A stretch of 11,245 bases of DNA from Myxococcales bacterium (GCA_045863395.1 BTVJ01000143.1:1-11245); one strand, 5' to 3'; positions 1 through 8,155 are shown, counted from the stretch's first letter. Numbers and translations: made by a program. The notes: generated by a model not told the origin, from the letters alone.

Positions 1-57
1 CCGCCGCGAGCTCGGCGCATGAGGGCCGCGCCCATATTTGTTGCTGACCCTGTGAGG

Positions 58-1926
58 TCAGTCGATATACGGGACCACGAGCCCCGGCGGCTTGTCCGGC
101 TTGGGCTCCGCGGCGCCCGGGGTCGGCCGCACGGCGCCCTTGGCCTTGCGCCGCTGGAGCGCGACGGTCACCTCGGCGCCGCTCGTCGCGTCGAGGGTGT
201 GCGCCGTGTCCTCGAAGCCCCGCCGCCTCAGTGTGACCACGAGGTCGTCGTCGCCAGGGAGGGTGATGTCCCAAGGCGTCTTGCCGAGGGACTCGCCCCC
301 GACGATCACCTCTGCCTCGGGCGGGTCGGACAGGACCCGGACGGTACGCGGAGTTGCCTCACCGGGTTGCCCCTCGGCGAGGGCATCGAGCGCGGCCGGT
401 GCCCCACGCTCGGTGCCCTCGGCCTGGGCCGCATCCGAGGTCGCACGCGCCACCTCGGCCGCGTCGGCTGACGTCATGGCGTCCGCTGCTGCTGCGGCAC
501 CCCTGGTCTCGGAGGTCTCATTCGGCTCGGCTCCGAGCACGTCGACCGCGTCCGCTGCCGTCGCGACAGGGACCGACACCTGGGGAGTCGTGGTCGACTT
601 CCCCCGCGCGAGGTCCGGCTCCCTCTGTGCCCCCGCCGGCCTGCCAGAGACCTGGGCGGGCGGCCCCTGGTCCTCTCCGAGCTGGGCCACCGCGAACGCG
701 AAGGCGCCCACGACGGCGACGAGCAGTATGCCCAGCAGGACCGCGCGGCGCCGCGAGGGGACGGTCGGGAGCTCTGCGGAGGCGGTCAGAGGGGCGTTCT
801 CGATCGCGGGCGTGGGGTCCACGGCTCGCGTCGCCGCATTGCCCTCGTCGTAGGGGGACGTGGTCACGCGCCCAGGGGTGGGCGGCGCCGGCACCGCGTG
901 CTGCCCGGTCTCTTCGTGGGCGATCACCGCTTCATAGGACGGCGCGCCTACGCGGATGGACGGGCCCGTCGCCCCGACGGCCTGGAGCAGGGCGTCACGG
1001 AAGGCCCGGGCGGACTCCGGGCGGGCCTCCCGCTCCTTGGCCAGCGCCCGGTGCACGATCGCTGAGACGGCGCCGGACACCCGCGGGCTCACCCGGTGGA
1101 GCAGGACGGGCTGCTCCGACAGGTGCTTGACCAGCAGGTTCATCGGGACCTTGTCTTCGAAGGGCGGGACGCCCGCCAGCATCTCGTAGAGCACCACGCC
1201 CAGGGAGTACAGATCGCTGCGGGCATCGGGGGGCTCGCCGCGGATCTGCTCGGGGCTCAGGTAGCGCGGCGTCCCGACGACCATCCCCGCGGTGGTGAGG
1301 TCCGTGCGCTCCTCTCCGCTGAGCACCTTGGCGATGCCGAAGTCGGTGACCTTCGCCAGCTCGTCGCCGGTCGCCGTGGCAGTGAGGAGCACGTTGTCCG
1401 GCTTGATGTCGCGGTGGATGATGCTCTTGGCGTGGGCCTCGCTCAGGCTCTCGAGGACCTGGCACGCGATGCCGACCGCGCGGTCGACGGGGAAGGGGCC
1501 GTCGGACTCGATGGCGCGCCAGAGTGAGCGGCCCTCGACGTACTCCATGGCGATGTAGAGGAGGCCCGAGGGCTCCTGCCCGAAGTCGAAGACCGTGACG
1601 GTGTTGGCGCTGGTCAGGCGGCTCGCTGCGCGCGCCTCGTTCTGGAAGCGCTGCACGGCGCTCACGTTGCTCGCGATGCTCCGGAGCAGGACCTTGAGCG
1701 CGATCGCGCGGTCCACGCTGAGCTGGCGCGCCAGATAGACGCGCCCCATGCCGCCCTCGGCGAGCAGGCGCTCCACCTTGTAGCGGCTGTCGACCACGGT
1801 CCCGACGAGCGAGGGGTCCTCGGGCAGCTTGTAGATCAGCATGGCCCCGTCGTCCGGGCAGGTGGTCTTCGACGCCGGCCAGGTGGCGCGGCAGGTGGGG
1901 CATCTCTTGGTCAGCTCGTCAGTCAC
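58..1926 (-). CDS. Membrane-anchored Hanks-type Ser/Thr protein kinase with N-terminal Zn-ribbon-like motif and C-terminal PEGA-like domain (~622 aa)
   Basis: All core kinase motifs are present: LAEGGMGRVY, IALKVL, HRDIKPDN, DFGIAK, GTPRYLSPEQ, SDLYSLGVVLYEMLAG. A hydrophobic TM segment (AVLLGILLVAVVGAFAFAVAQL, ~680-744) is followed by an Ala-rich linker and a PEGA-like VRVLSDPPEAEVIVGGESLGKTP...LRRRGFE. Start placed at GTG 1926 because GGAG lies 5 nt upstream (1932-1935); the ORF track extends it to 1983. Confidence 0.95.
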   Translation of the reverse strand: MTDELTKRCPTCRATWPASKTTCPDDGAMLIYKLPEDPSLVGTVVDSRYKVERLLAEGGMGRVYLARQLSVDRAIALKVLLRSIASNVSAVQRFQNEARAASRLTSANTVTVFDFGQEPSGLLYIAMEYVEGRSLWRAIESDGPFPVDRAVGIACQVLESLSEAHAKSIIHRDIKPDNVLLTATATGDELAKVTDFGIAKVLSGEERTDLTTAGMVVGTPRYLSPEQIRGEPPDARSDLYSLGVVLYEMLAGVPPFEDKVPMNLLVKHLSEQPVLLHRVSPRVSGAVSAIVHRALAKEREARPESARAFRDALLQAVGATGPSIRVGAPSYEAVIAHEETGQHAVPAPPTPGRVTTSPYDEGNAATRAVDPTPAIENAPLTASAELPTVPSRRRAVLLGILLVAVVGAFAFAVAQLGEDQGPPAQVSGRPAGAQREPDLARGKSTTTPQVSVPVATAADAVDVLGAEPNETSETRGAAAAADAMTSADAAEVARATSDAAQAEGTERGAPAALDALAEGQPGEATPRTVRVLSDPPEAEVIVGGESLGKTPWDITLPGDDDLVVTLRRRGFEDTAHTLDATSGAEVTVALQRRKAKGAVRPTPGAAEPKPDKPPGLVVPYID

Positions 1927-2010
1927 GGCTGCTCCGTCGGTGGGGCGGGGAATGAGATGATTCCCCGCGCGGACAAGCGCCAACGTGGGTCGTGTCGGGG
2001 GCGTGGGTCG

Positions 2011-4101
2011 TCACTTGGGGACGTGGGTGCAGCCAGCGGCGGTGGAGCACAGGTCGCTGGTGAGCGGGTCACCGTCGTCGCACTGCCAGACCGCCGCGGC
2101 CCAGGTGGCTGCGAGGTCCATGTCGGTCCCCCCGGCGGAGGCGTGGTTGGACGGCCAGGCGGCCACCCACTCCCCGAGCCCGCCACACCCGACGGCCGGG
2201 CTGTCGTCCTTCTCCGTCGTGCCCGCGCCAGCCCAGGTGGAGAGGTCCTCGACCTTCGACCACGCGGTGCCCGCGTTCTGGGTCCAGAGCCAGGCGACGT
2301 CCAGATCCGTCCCCGCGTTGGGGACGAACGACGAGTGGGTCGTGCTCACGGCCAGGACCCAGGTTCCCGTGCCGTCCGTCGCAAGCGCCGGTGGGCCGTA
2401 GGTGGCGGTGACCGGCGGCATGGGGATGAGCGCCGGGGTAGTCCAGTCCTCGGCGAGGGAGGTCGCGCGGCTCCACCGCAGGCCGGCGCTGCCCGTGGCG
2501 TCGTTGGCCCAGGCAGCAAGCCACGTCCCCGCACCGTCGCTGGCAAGGGCAGGTTGTGCGTCGTTGCCGTCCTGGCCGACCATGGAGAGGTGCAGCGCGG
2601 CCGGGTCGGCCCATGAGGCGCCGCCATTGGGCGACACGCTCATGAACAGGTCCAGGTCCCCGCCGAAGGGCACGTGGGATGCCTGCCAGATCACGACGAC
2701 CCGGTCGGTGGAGGGGTCGCTGGCGAGCGAGGCGACCTTCGTGTTGTTGGCCAGCGCGCCGATCTGGACGCCGGTGGAGATCTTCTGAGCAGGGCCGAAC
2801 GCGCCCTTCGAGTAGCTGCGAGCGTAGATCTCGTCCGGGACCGGGGCGACCCCCCCCGCGATGGTGTAGACGATGACCGCGCCCTCGGCGGTGGATACCA
2901 GGTGGGGCCAGCCGTAGATCTTCTGCGTCGTGAGCCCCTCCTCCAGGGTCGTGGGGGACCATGTGGCCCCCGCGAGGGAGGCCTGGGCGTAGGTGATCCG
3001 TCCCGGGGGCTCGCTCTCCGTGGCCCCCGAGTGCCAGGCGACCATCCACTTTCCGTCCACCCAGGCGGCGGTGGGGGGGCCATCGGCGCCCACTCCGCCC
3101 GGCCCGCCGAGGACAGGCTGGCGAGCCGACCAGGTCTCTCCCCGGTCCAGTGACACCTGCACGTAGACCCGCGGCGCGGCGCTGGGGCCGGCGCCGAGGC
3201 CCCTGACGAGGTACGTCATCAGCCAGGCCCCCTGCCCGTTGGTCGCCAGCGCGATGTCGCTCTCGTCCGCCTGGTCGTCGGGCGAGACTCCCGAGGCCCA
3301 CATGGGTGCGTCGAAGAGTGGCACAGCGGGCTTCTCGTCACAGGCGCCCGACTTGCAGCCCGCGACGGTGGTGCACGGGTCGACGTCCCCGCACGGGTCC
3401 GGGATGGGGCCGTATACGCACCCCTCCTGCGGGTCGCACGCGTCCTGGGTGCAGGCATCTCCGTCGTCACAGAAAGCGACGCTGAGCACGACCCAGGCAG
3501 TCGGCGAGCCTTCGGGGTCGCACGACAGACAGCCCGCCTTCTTCGTGCCGGTGGGCACGCACCCGTCTCCGGCGATGTTGCACCAGCCGTTCGCGAGGGT
3601 GTGTACGCACTTGCCCCCCTCGCAGGTGTCGATGGTGCACTCCAGGTCGTCGTCGCAGTCGCCGGGCATGCAGCTCGCCGTGTCGTCGCCGACCCCCGTG
3701 TCGGCGACGTCGTCCTCGCTGGCGTCGATGGCGTCGATGGCGCCCAGGTCATCTCCCCCCACGTCCTTCTGCTCCCCGTCCGCGTCCTCGGCCGGGGTCG
3801 CGTCCAGGTCCGGCATGGCGTCTCCTGGCGCATCGCCCTGGGGCCCGTCCTGTGGGTTCGCGGCGTCTCCGCTCGCGGCGTCGGCCCCTCCGGCGTCGTC
3901 GCCGACGTCCGCCGTCCATCCTGGTGGGCGGCAGTGGCCGGGCCCGCTGGCCGTGGTGCCGACACAGACCCAGCCGCCGCCGCAGTCGGAGCTCGTCGTG
4001 CACGGGTACACCGCCCTGTCCACGTCGGGGTCGGTGCAGGCCGGCAGCGCAAGGTGGAGGGCCACGAGCAGCAACAGGGACGGACGGAGGGCTCTCGACA
4101 T
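2011..4101 (-). CDS. Cys-rich lipoprotein with Asp-box (BNR/sialidase-like) beta-propeller (~696 aa)
   Basis: ATG 4101 has GGAG 6 nt upstream. The signal peptide MSRALRPSLLLLVALHLALPA-C has lipobox LPAC (Cys22). It is followed by an Asp/Gly/Ala-rich linker, CDDxxxCTxDxC modules, and Asp-box-like motifs VSLDRGETWS, SVSPNGGASWA and TQNAGTAWS. Confidence 0.85.
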   Translation of the reverse strand: MSRALRPSLLLLVALHLALPACTDPDVDRAVYPCTTSSDCGGGWVCVGTTASGPGHCRPPGWTADVGDDAGGADAASGDAANPQDGPQGDAPGDAMPDLDATPAEDADGEQKDVGGDDLGAIDAIDASEDDVADTGVGDDTASCMPGDCDDDLECTIDTCEGGKCVHTLANGWCNIAGDGCVPTGTKKAGCLSCDPEGSPTAWVVLSVAFCDDGDACTQDACDPQEGCVYGPIPDPCGDVDPCTTVAGCKSGACDEKPAVPLFDAPMWASGVSPDDQADESDIALATNGQGAWLMTYLVRGLGAGPSAAPRVYVQVSLDRGETWSARQPVLGGPGGVGADGPPTAAWVDGKWMVAWHSGATESEPPGRITYAQASLAGATWSPTTLEEGLTTQKIYGWPHLVSTAEGAVIVYTIAGGVAPVPDEIYARSYSKGAFGPAQKISTGVQIGALANNTKVASLASDPSTDRVVVIWQASHVPFGGDLDLFMSVSPNGGASWADPAALHLSMVGQDGNDAQPALASDGAGTWLAAWANDATGSAGLRWSRATSLAEDWTTPALIPMPPVTATYGPPALATDGTGTWVLAVSTTHSSFVPNAGTDLDVAWLWTQNAGTAWSKVEDLSTWAGAGTTEKDDSPAVGCGGLGEWVAAWPSNHASAGGTDMDLAATWAAAVWQCDDGDPLTSDLCSTAAGCTHVPK

Positions 4102-4190
4102 GTCGGGCTCCAGCGGTCCAGTGGCGCGTCCCTCCCCCCGGTGTGTCCGGCGACCGGTCGGGGAGCGCGCCTCATGTCCGCATCGGTCGC

Positions 4191-4219
4191 AGTATCTGTC
4201 CGCGTCTGGCGGGATGCAA
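4191..4219 (-). promoter_or_regulatory. Putative sigma70-type promoter for the lipoprotein/kinase unit
   Basis: The minus strand reads TTGCAT (4219-4214), 17 nt, GATACT (4196-4191), about 90 nt upstream of ATG 4101. Confidence 0.45.
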
Positions 4220-4243
4220 GGCGCTGCGGATCCTGCATGGAGC

Positions 4244-4273
4244 TTGACGTCGGCCGCCGCTTGGAGGCATGGT
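4244..4273 (+). promoter_or_regulatory. Putative sigma70-type promoter for the propeller lipoprotein
   Basis: TTGACG (4244-4249), 18 nt, CATGGT (4268-4273). The -35 is a strong match and the -10 is weak. AGGAGG RBS follows at 4297-4302. Confidence 0.35.
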
Positions 4274-4307
4274 TGAGGCGACACGGAATGAAACCCAGGA
4301 GGCACCC

Positions 4308-6365
4308 ATGTCGCCCCACCTGCGGCCCACCTGGCGACGCGCGTGCTCGCTGTTCCCGATTCTGCTGTTCGCATGCTCTGATTCCGGGGGGACACTCCCC
4401 TCTGGCGGCGGCGGGGACTCCCCCGGCGACCCGGCCGGCATCGGTGGTTTTGGAGGTGGGCCTCGCGGCGGACAGGGTGGGGAGATGGGGCCCGGCGGTC
4501 CGGCCGACCCGGGCGGCTCCGGCGATCCCGGGGGGAGAGCGCCCACAGACGACTCCGCTTGCATCGATCTGGACGGCGACGGTCACGGGTACCTGTGCGT
4601 AGCTGGCGCCGACTGCGACGACGGCAACCCGCACTTCACCACCGCGTGCCCCGACTGCGCGACGGGCAACCACCCGGGCTGCCCTTGCCTGGATGAGGGG
4701 GCTACGTCCCTCTGCTTCAGCGGCAACCCGGATCTCGTCGGCACGGGCCAGTGCGCGGTCGGTCAGCGCACCTGCCAGCAGGGGTGGTGGAGCGCCTGCA
4801 TCGGCGAGGTCCCCCCTGGCGAGGAGGTGTGCGACGGGGTCGACAACGACTGCGATGGCGAGGTGGACGAGGGGGTCAAGAGCGAGTGCGGGAACTGCGA
4901 CAAGTTCTGCCACATCTACGACGCCGGTGCGGGCACCTTGGAGCCCTTCGAGCCGACGGCCGACAACTCGTCGTCGGTGACCCTCACGCCGGAAGGCTGG
5001 ATCACCCTCACCGAGTCCTCCTTCAACATGCGCGCCATCTGGATCGCGAACTCGGCGGAGAGCACGGTCTCCAAGCTGGACACGACCACGGGCAACGAGG
5101 TGGCGCGCTATCGGACCTGCCCCGACCCGTCCCGCACGGCGGTCGCCATGAACGGCGACGCCTGGGTCGCGTGCCGGGGCAACGGCGTGGTGCACAAGTT
5201 CCGCAACATCGTGGAGAAGTGCCCGGACAAGAATGGCAACGGTGTCATCGAGACCTCGCGGGACCTCAACGGGGACGGAGTGATCTCCGGCGACGAGCTG
5301 CTGCCCGAGGGGCAGGACGAGTGCGTGCTCTTCAGCGCGAACCCGGGCGTGGGCGGGCTCGCGCGCGCGCTGGGCGTCGTCAAGGACGGCTCCGCGTGGG
5401 TGGGCTACTGGAATGAGTCCAAGCTCGCGAAGCTCCACGGCGACACGGGCGAGCTGCTCGATCAGATCAACCTCCCCGTCCAGCCCTACGGCCTCGCGGT
5501 GGACAGCAAGGGCCTCTTGTGGGTCAGCGGTCGGGGTGGAAGCAAGCTGGTGCGCGTCGACCCTGCGACCAAGGACGTCAAGGCCGTCAGCCCAGGGGGC
5601 TGCTTCGAGCCCTACGGCATCGCCATCGACGAATGGGACCGCGTGTGGATCGGCAACTGCTGCTGCGGTCACGTCGCGTGGCTCTACGACCCGTCCAACA
5701 ACGCCTGGGCGTCCGTTTCGACGGGAAATCGCCCGAGGGGCATCGTCTCGGACAAGAACGGCTCCGTCTACGTGGCCAATGACGAGTCGAGCACCGTGGT
5801 GAAGATCGACGCGGCCACCGCCAAGGTCGTCGGGACCGTCTCGGTCGGGTCGGGCCGCTTCCCCATCGGCGTCGCGGTGGATGGTGACGGCTTCGTGTGG
5901 GCGGTCAACCAGTCGGGCAGCTCGGCGACCAAGATCGACGGCAAGTCCATGACCGTGGCCTTCGAGCACGCCGTCGGGAGCGGGCCATACACGTACAGCG
6001 ACATGACCGGGTCGACGTTCTTCAAGGATCTCTCCCCCGAGGGCTGGTACCGCACCGAGTTCGGCGGCTGGGAGGGCTTCCGGGTCCAGTGGAAGACGCT
6101 CTCCGTCGACTACGTGGCGCCGGCGGGCACGTGGATCGAGGTTCGCGTCCGCACCGCCAACTCCAAGGACGAGCTGCTCGCGGCGCCCTGGAGCGAGGCC
6201 GTGGGGCCATTCCCGCCGCAGACCTTCCCCATCGATCTCGTGCCCCTGCTCCCCAAGAAGGGCAACCTGCTGGAGGTCGAGGTCTCGCTCCACGCCCCCG
6301 ATCCGGATGCTGGAAAGCCCATGGTCAAGGGCGTCGAGGTCACCTACAGCGCGGAGCCGCAGTAG
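4308..6365 (+). CDS. Lipoprotein with MopE-like putative metal-binding repeats and Vgb-lyase/YVTN-like beta-propeller (~685 aa)
   Basis: AGGAGG lies 5 nt before ATG 4308. Lipobox LFAC (Cys23) is followed by a Gly/Pro linker and the motifs DLDGDGHG...DCDDGNP and EVCDGVDNDCDGEVDEG. Propeller blades include IWIANSAESTVSKLDT, PSRTAVAMNGDAWV, PYGLAVDSKGLLWV, PYGIAIDEWDRVWI, PRGIVSDKNGSVYV and PIGVAVDGDGFVWAV, closing with PYTYSDMTG and a beta-rich C-terminal domain. Third codon positions are strongly GC-biased. Confidence 0.9.
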   Translation: MSPHLRPTWRRACSLFPILLFACSDSGGTLPSGGGGDSPGDPAGIGGFGGGPRGGQGGEMGPGGPADPGGSGDPGGRAPTDDSACIDLDGDGHGYLCVAGADCDDGNPHFTTACPDCATGNHPGCPCLDEGATSLCFSGNPDLVGTGQCAVGQRTCQQGWWSACIGEVPPGEEVCDGVDNDCDGEVDEGVKSECGNCDKFCHIYDAGAGTLEPFEPTADNSSSVTLTPEGWITLTESSFNMRAIWIANSAESTVSKLDTTTGNEVARYRTCPDPSRTAVAMNGDAWVACRGNGVVHKFRNIVEKCPDKNGNGVIETSRDLNGDGVISGDELLPEGQDECVLFSANPGVGGLARALGVVKDGSAWVGYWNESKLAKLHGDTGELLDQINLPVQPYGLAVDSKGLLWVSGRGGSKLVRVDPATKDVKAVSPGGCFEPYGIAIDEWDRVWIGNCCCGHVAWLYDPSNNAWASVSTGNRPRGIVSDKNGSVYVANDESSTVVKIDAATAKVVGTVSVGSGRFPIGVAVDGDGFVWAVNQSGSSATKIDGKSMTVAFEHAVGSGPYTYSDMTGSTFFKDLSPEGWYRTEFGGWEGFRVQWKTLSVDYVAPAGTWIEVRVRTANSKDELLAAPWSEAVGPFPPQTFPIDLVPLLPKKGNLLEVEVSLHAPDPDAGKPMVKGVEVTYSAEPQ

Positions 6366-6497
6366 AGAGGGGCGGTTCGACGCTCTCCGCTCTGCGGGGG
6401 ACCCTGCCAGAGGTCGCGGGCGTCTGCTCAGACACGGTCCCGCCAGTGGTCGACCGGGGTCTCTCCCGCACCCGTCGCTGGCCGCCCACATGGTGAG

Positions 6498-6526
6498 TTG
6501 CCCCCGCGTATCACCGGGCCTATAGT
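6498..6526 (+). promoter_or_regulatory. Putative sigma70-type promoter upstream of the MEDS-PAS-GAF/RNB unit
   Basis: TTGCCC (6498-6503), 17 nt, TATAGT (6521-6526). The -10 matches consensus at 5/6 in a very GC-rich background. AGGAGG at 6569-6574 precedes ATG 6581. Confidence 0.65.
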
Positions 6527-6580
6527 TCGCCCCGGACGCGGTCTCAGGCATTCTGGCCGGGCCGTGCCAGGAGGCGCTCC

Positions 6581-8155
6581 ATGGGTGGTGCCGCGGGGAC
6601 TGGAAGGGGTGGGCTCCGGAGCTCGGGTGCGGGGGAGCACCGCTGTGCCATCTCTGGCGAGCACCCTGGGGGGGAGGTGCTCGCCTGGGTGAAGGAGGCG
6701 CTGCACACGGGGCGGCGTGTGTTGTGGTTGACGTCCCATGGCCCGGACGTGGTCGTCCGGTCTCTGGAGCGGGACCTCCCCATGGCGCACGTGGCGGTGC
6801 GTGACCGCCGCGTGGTGGTCCAGCGTCTGGACCGCGTGCTGCCCCCGGAGGTCGAGAGGCGCGCGGACGCCCTGCGCGAGCGGATCCGCGGTGAAGCGGG
6901 CCGCGCCACGGCTGACGGTCACGCGGGCCTGCACCTCATCACGGAGCTGGGTCCGGCCCTCGTCGACGGGGGGGAGTCGTGCGTCGAGCGCCTCGAGCGC
7001 GTGGTCGCAGAGGCGGTGGTGCAGGGCCTGTGCAGCGCCCTGTGCCTCTATGAGCCGGGCCTGCCTGCGCGTGTGCTCCTGGGAGCAATCACCTGCCACC
7101 CTCGGATCATGGAGGGGGGAGAGGTGATTGAGAACCCGGCGGCCGTCGAGCCAGACCAGGCGGACTCCGAGGCGAGGGTGAGGGCGCGGCTGGGGAAGAT
7201 CCTGGACGCGCTCCGTGCCCACCATCGGGCGGCGCGGGCGCTGTACGCTACGGAGGAGCGTTCGCGTCGCCTGGTCGAAGGGGCGCCCACGGCTCTCCTG
7301 ACGGTCGACAAGGAGGGGCGGGTCGTCCTGGCCAATGACGCGTGCTTGTCGGTGCTCGGAGTCCGCGCTCCCGCCGACGTGGGAGCGCGCCTCGTGGAGC
7401 TCGTCCCGGACGCTGTCCTCGGATCGTGGCTCTCCAACTTGTTCGGGAGCGGAAGCGCGCCTCCGTTGGACCTGTGCATCGAGGGCCCGGACGCGGTCCA
7501 CCTGCGGCTGGAGGGGAGGGTCGCGCCAGGGGGAAGCTCCGCTGAGTTCGCCCACTGCGCCATCGTCGATGTGACCGCTCAGCACCACGCCGACCTCGCG
7601 ATGGCGCGGGTGCTCGCCGATCTGGAGCTGCGGCACCGGGTCGCCTGCATCTACGCACACGACGCCACGCAAGGCGCGCACGTTGAGGTCCTGCGGCTCG
7701 CCATGAGCCGCGTCCGCGGACGCTTCGGCGCGCTGGTCCTCGCGGACGGCGACGACACCATGCGAGGCTGGCTGCTCTCAGGAGAGGCTGGGAGGGCGAA
7801 CGGCGCGCCCCGCCCGATTCGGCTCCCCGGCTCGCCGGACGCGGGCGGGGTGTGGTCGCGCGCGCTGATGTCCGCCTGTGGAGTGTGGTCGAGCGAGCCA
7901 GAGCTCCTCGCTGGCTCCATCTCCGTCGAGCGCTCCCTCGTGGTGCCCATCGTGCGCCGCAGGCAGATCGCCGGCATGTTCGTCGTGGCCGATGGCCCGA
8001 CCCACTATGGGGAGGAGGACTGCGGCGTGCTGGAGTCCATTGCCCAGGAGGTCGCGCCGATGGTCGATGGTGGGGCGGGGCGCACGGCGGACAAGTGGCG
8101 ACGCTCCGAGCTGGCGGGTTCGCCCGGAACTCATGGACCGACTGCCCGGCGGTGA
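6581..8155 (+). CDS. MEDS-PAS-GAF sensory protein lacking an output domain (524 aa)
   Basis: MEDS-like N-terminus (EHRCAI...WVKEALHTGRRVLWL...GLHLITEL...SALCLYE...AITCHP...IENP). PAS-like segment TEERSRRLVEGAPTALLTVDKEGRVVLANDA...IVDVT. GAF-like segment RFGALVLAD...GVWSRAL...RSLVVPIVRRRQIAGMFVVAD...YGEEDCGVLESIA. AGGAGG lies 6 nt before the ATG. Confidence 0.8.
   Translation: MGGAAGTGRGGLRSSGAGEHRCAISGEHPGGEVLAWVKEALHTGRRVLWLTSHGPDVVVRSLERDLPMAHVAVRDRRVVVQRLDRVLPPEVERRADALRERIRGEAGRATADGHAGLHLITELGPALVDGGESCVERLERVVAEAVVQGLCSALCLYEPGLPARVLLGAITCHPRIMEGGEVIENPAAVEPDQADSEARVRARLGKILDALRAHHRAARALYATEERSRRLVEGAPTALLTVDKEGRVVLANDACLSVLGVRAPADVGARLVELVPDAVLGSWLSNLFGSGSAPPLDLCIEGPDAVHLRLEGRVAPGGSSAEFAHCAIVDVTAQHHADLAMARVLADLELRHRVACIYAHDATQGAHVEVLRLAMSRVRGRFGALVLADGDDTMRGWLLSGEAGRANGAPRPIRLPGSPDAGGVWSRALMSACGVWSSEPELLAGSISVERSLVVPIVRRRQIAGMFVVADGPTHYGEEDCGVLESIAQEVAPMVDGGAGRTADKWRRSELAGSPGTHGPTARR

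Noticed and set aside
19..1903. Multiple overlapping ORFs across the kinase gene
   Set aside because: These are alternative-frame or antisense ORFs rich in Arg/Pro/Ala/Ser with no domain signatures.
3721..3742. 9-bp tandem duplication GGCGTCGAT
   Set aside because: It is an in-frame micro-duplication (AIDAIDA) in a low-complexity linker with no evident significance.
4102..4395. ORF-track extension of the BNR lipoprotein to 4395, and of the plus-strand gene to 4269
   Set aside because: The extensions would overlap the divergent gene and promoters. ATG 4101 and ATG 4308 each have an RBS and begin a clean lipoprotein signal peptide.
6369..6386. Hairpin with GTTCGA loop after the propeller gene (terminator or tRNA T-arm-like)
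   Set aside because: The stem is only 6 bp with two G-U pairs, there is no U-tract, and there is no surrounding cloverleaf.
3219..6551. 1110-aa minus-strand ORF
   Set aside because: It is the antisense shadow of the 4308-6365 gene plus an off-frame overlap of the BNR lipoprotein. It has no recognisable motifs, and long shadow ORFs are expected at this GC content.
7852..8154. N-terminal extension of the RNB ORF, or a -1 frameshift fusion of sensor and RNase
   Set aside because: The frame is open but overlaps a well-formed GAF domain, translates as low-complexity Arg/Gly-rich sequence, and shows no canonical slippery heptamer.
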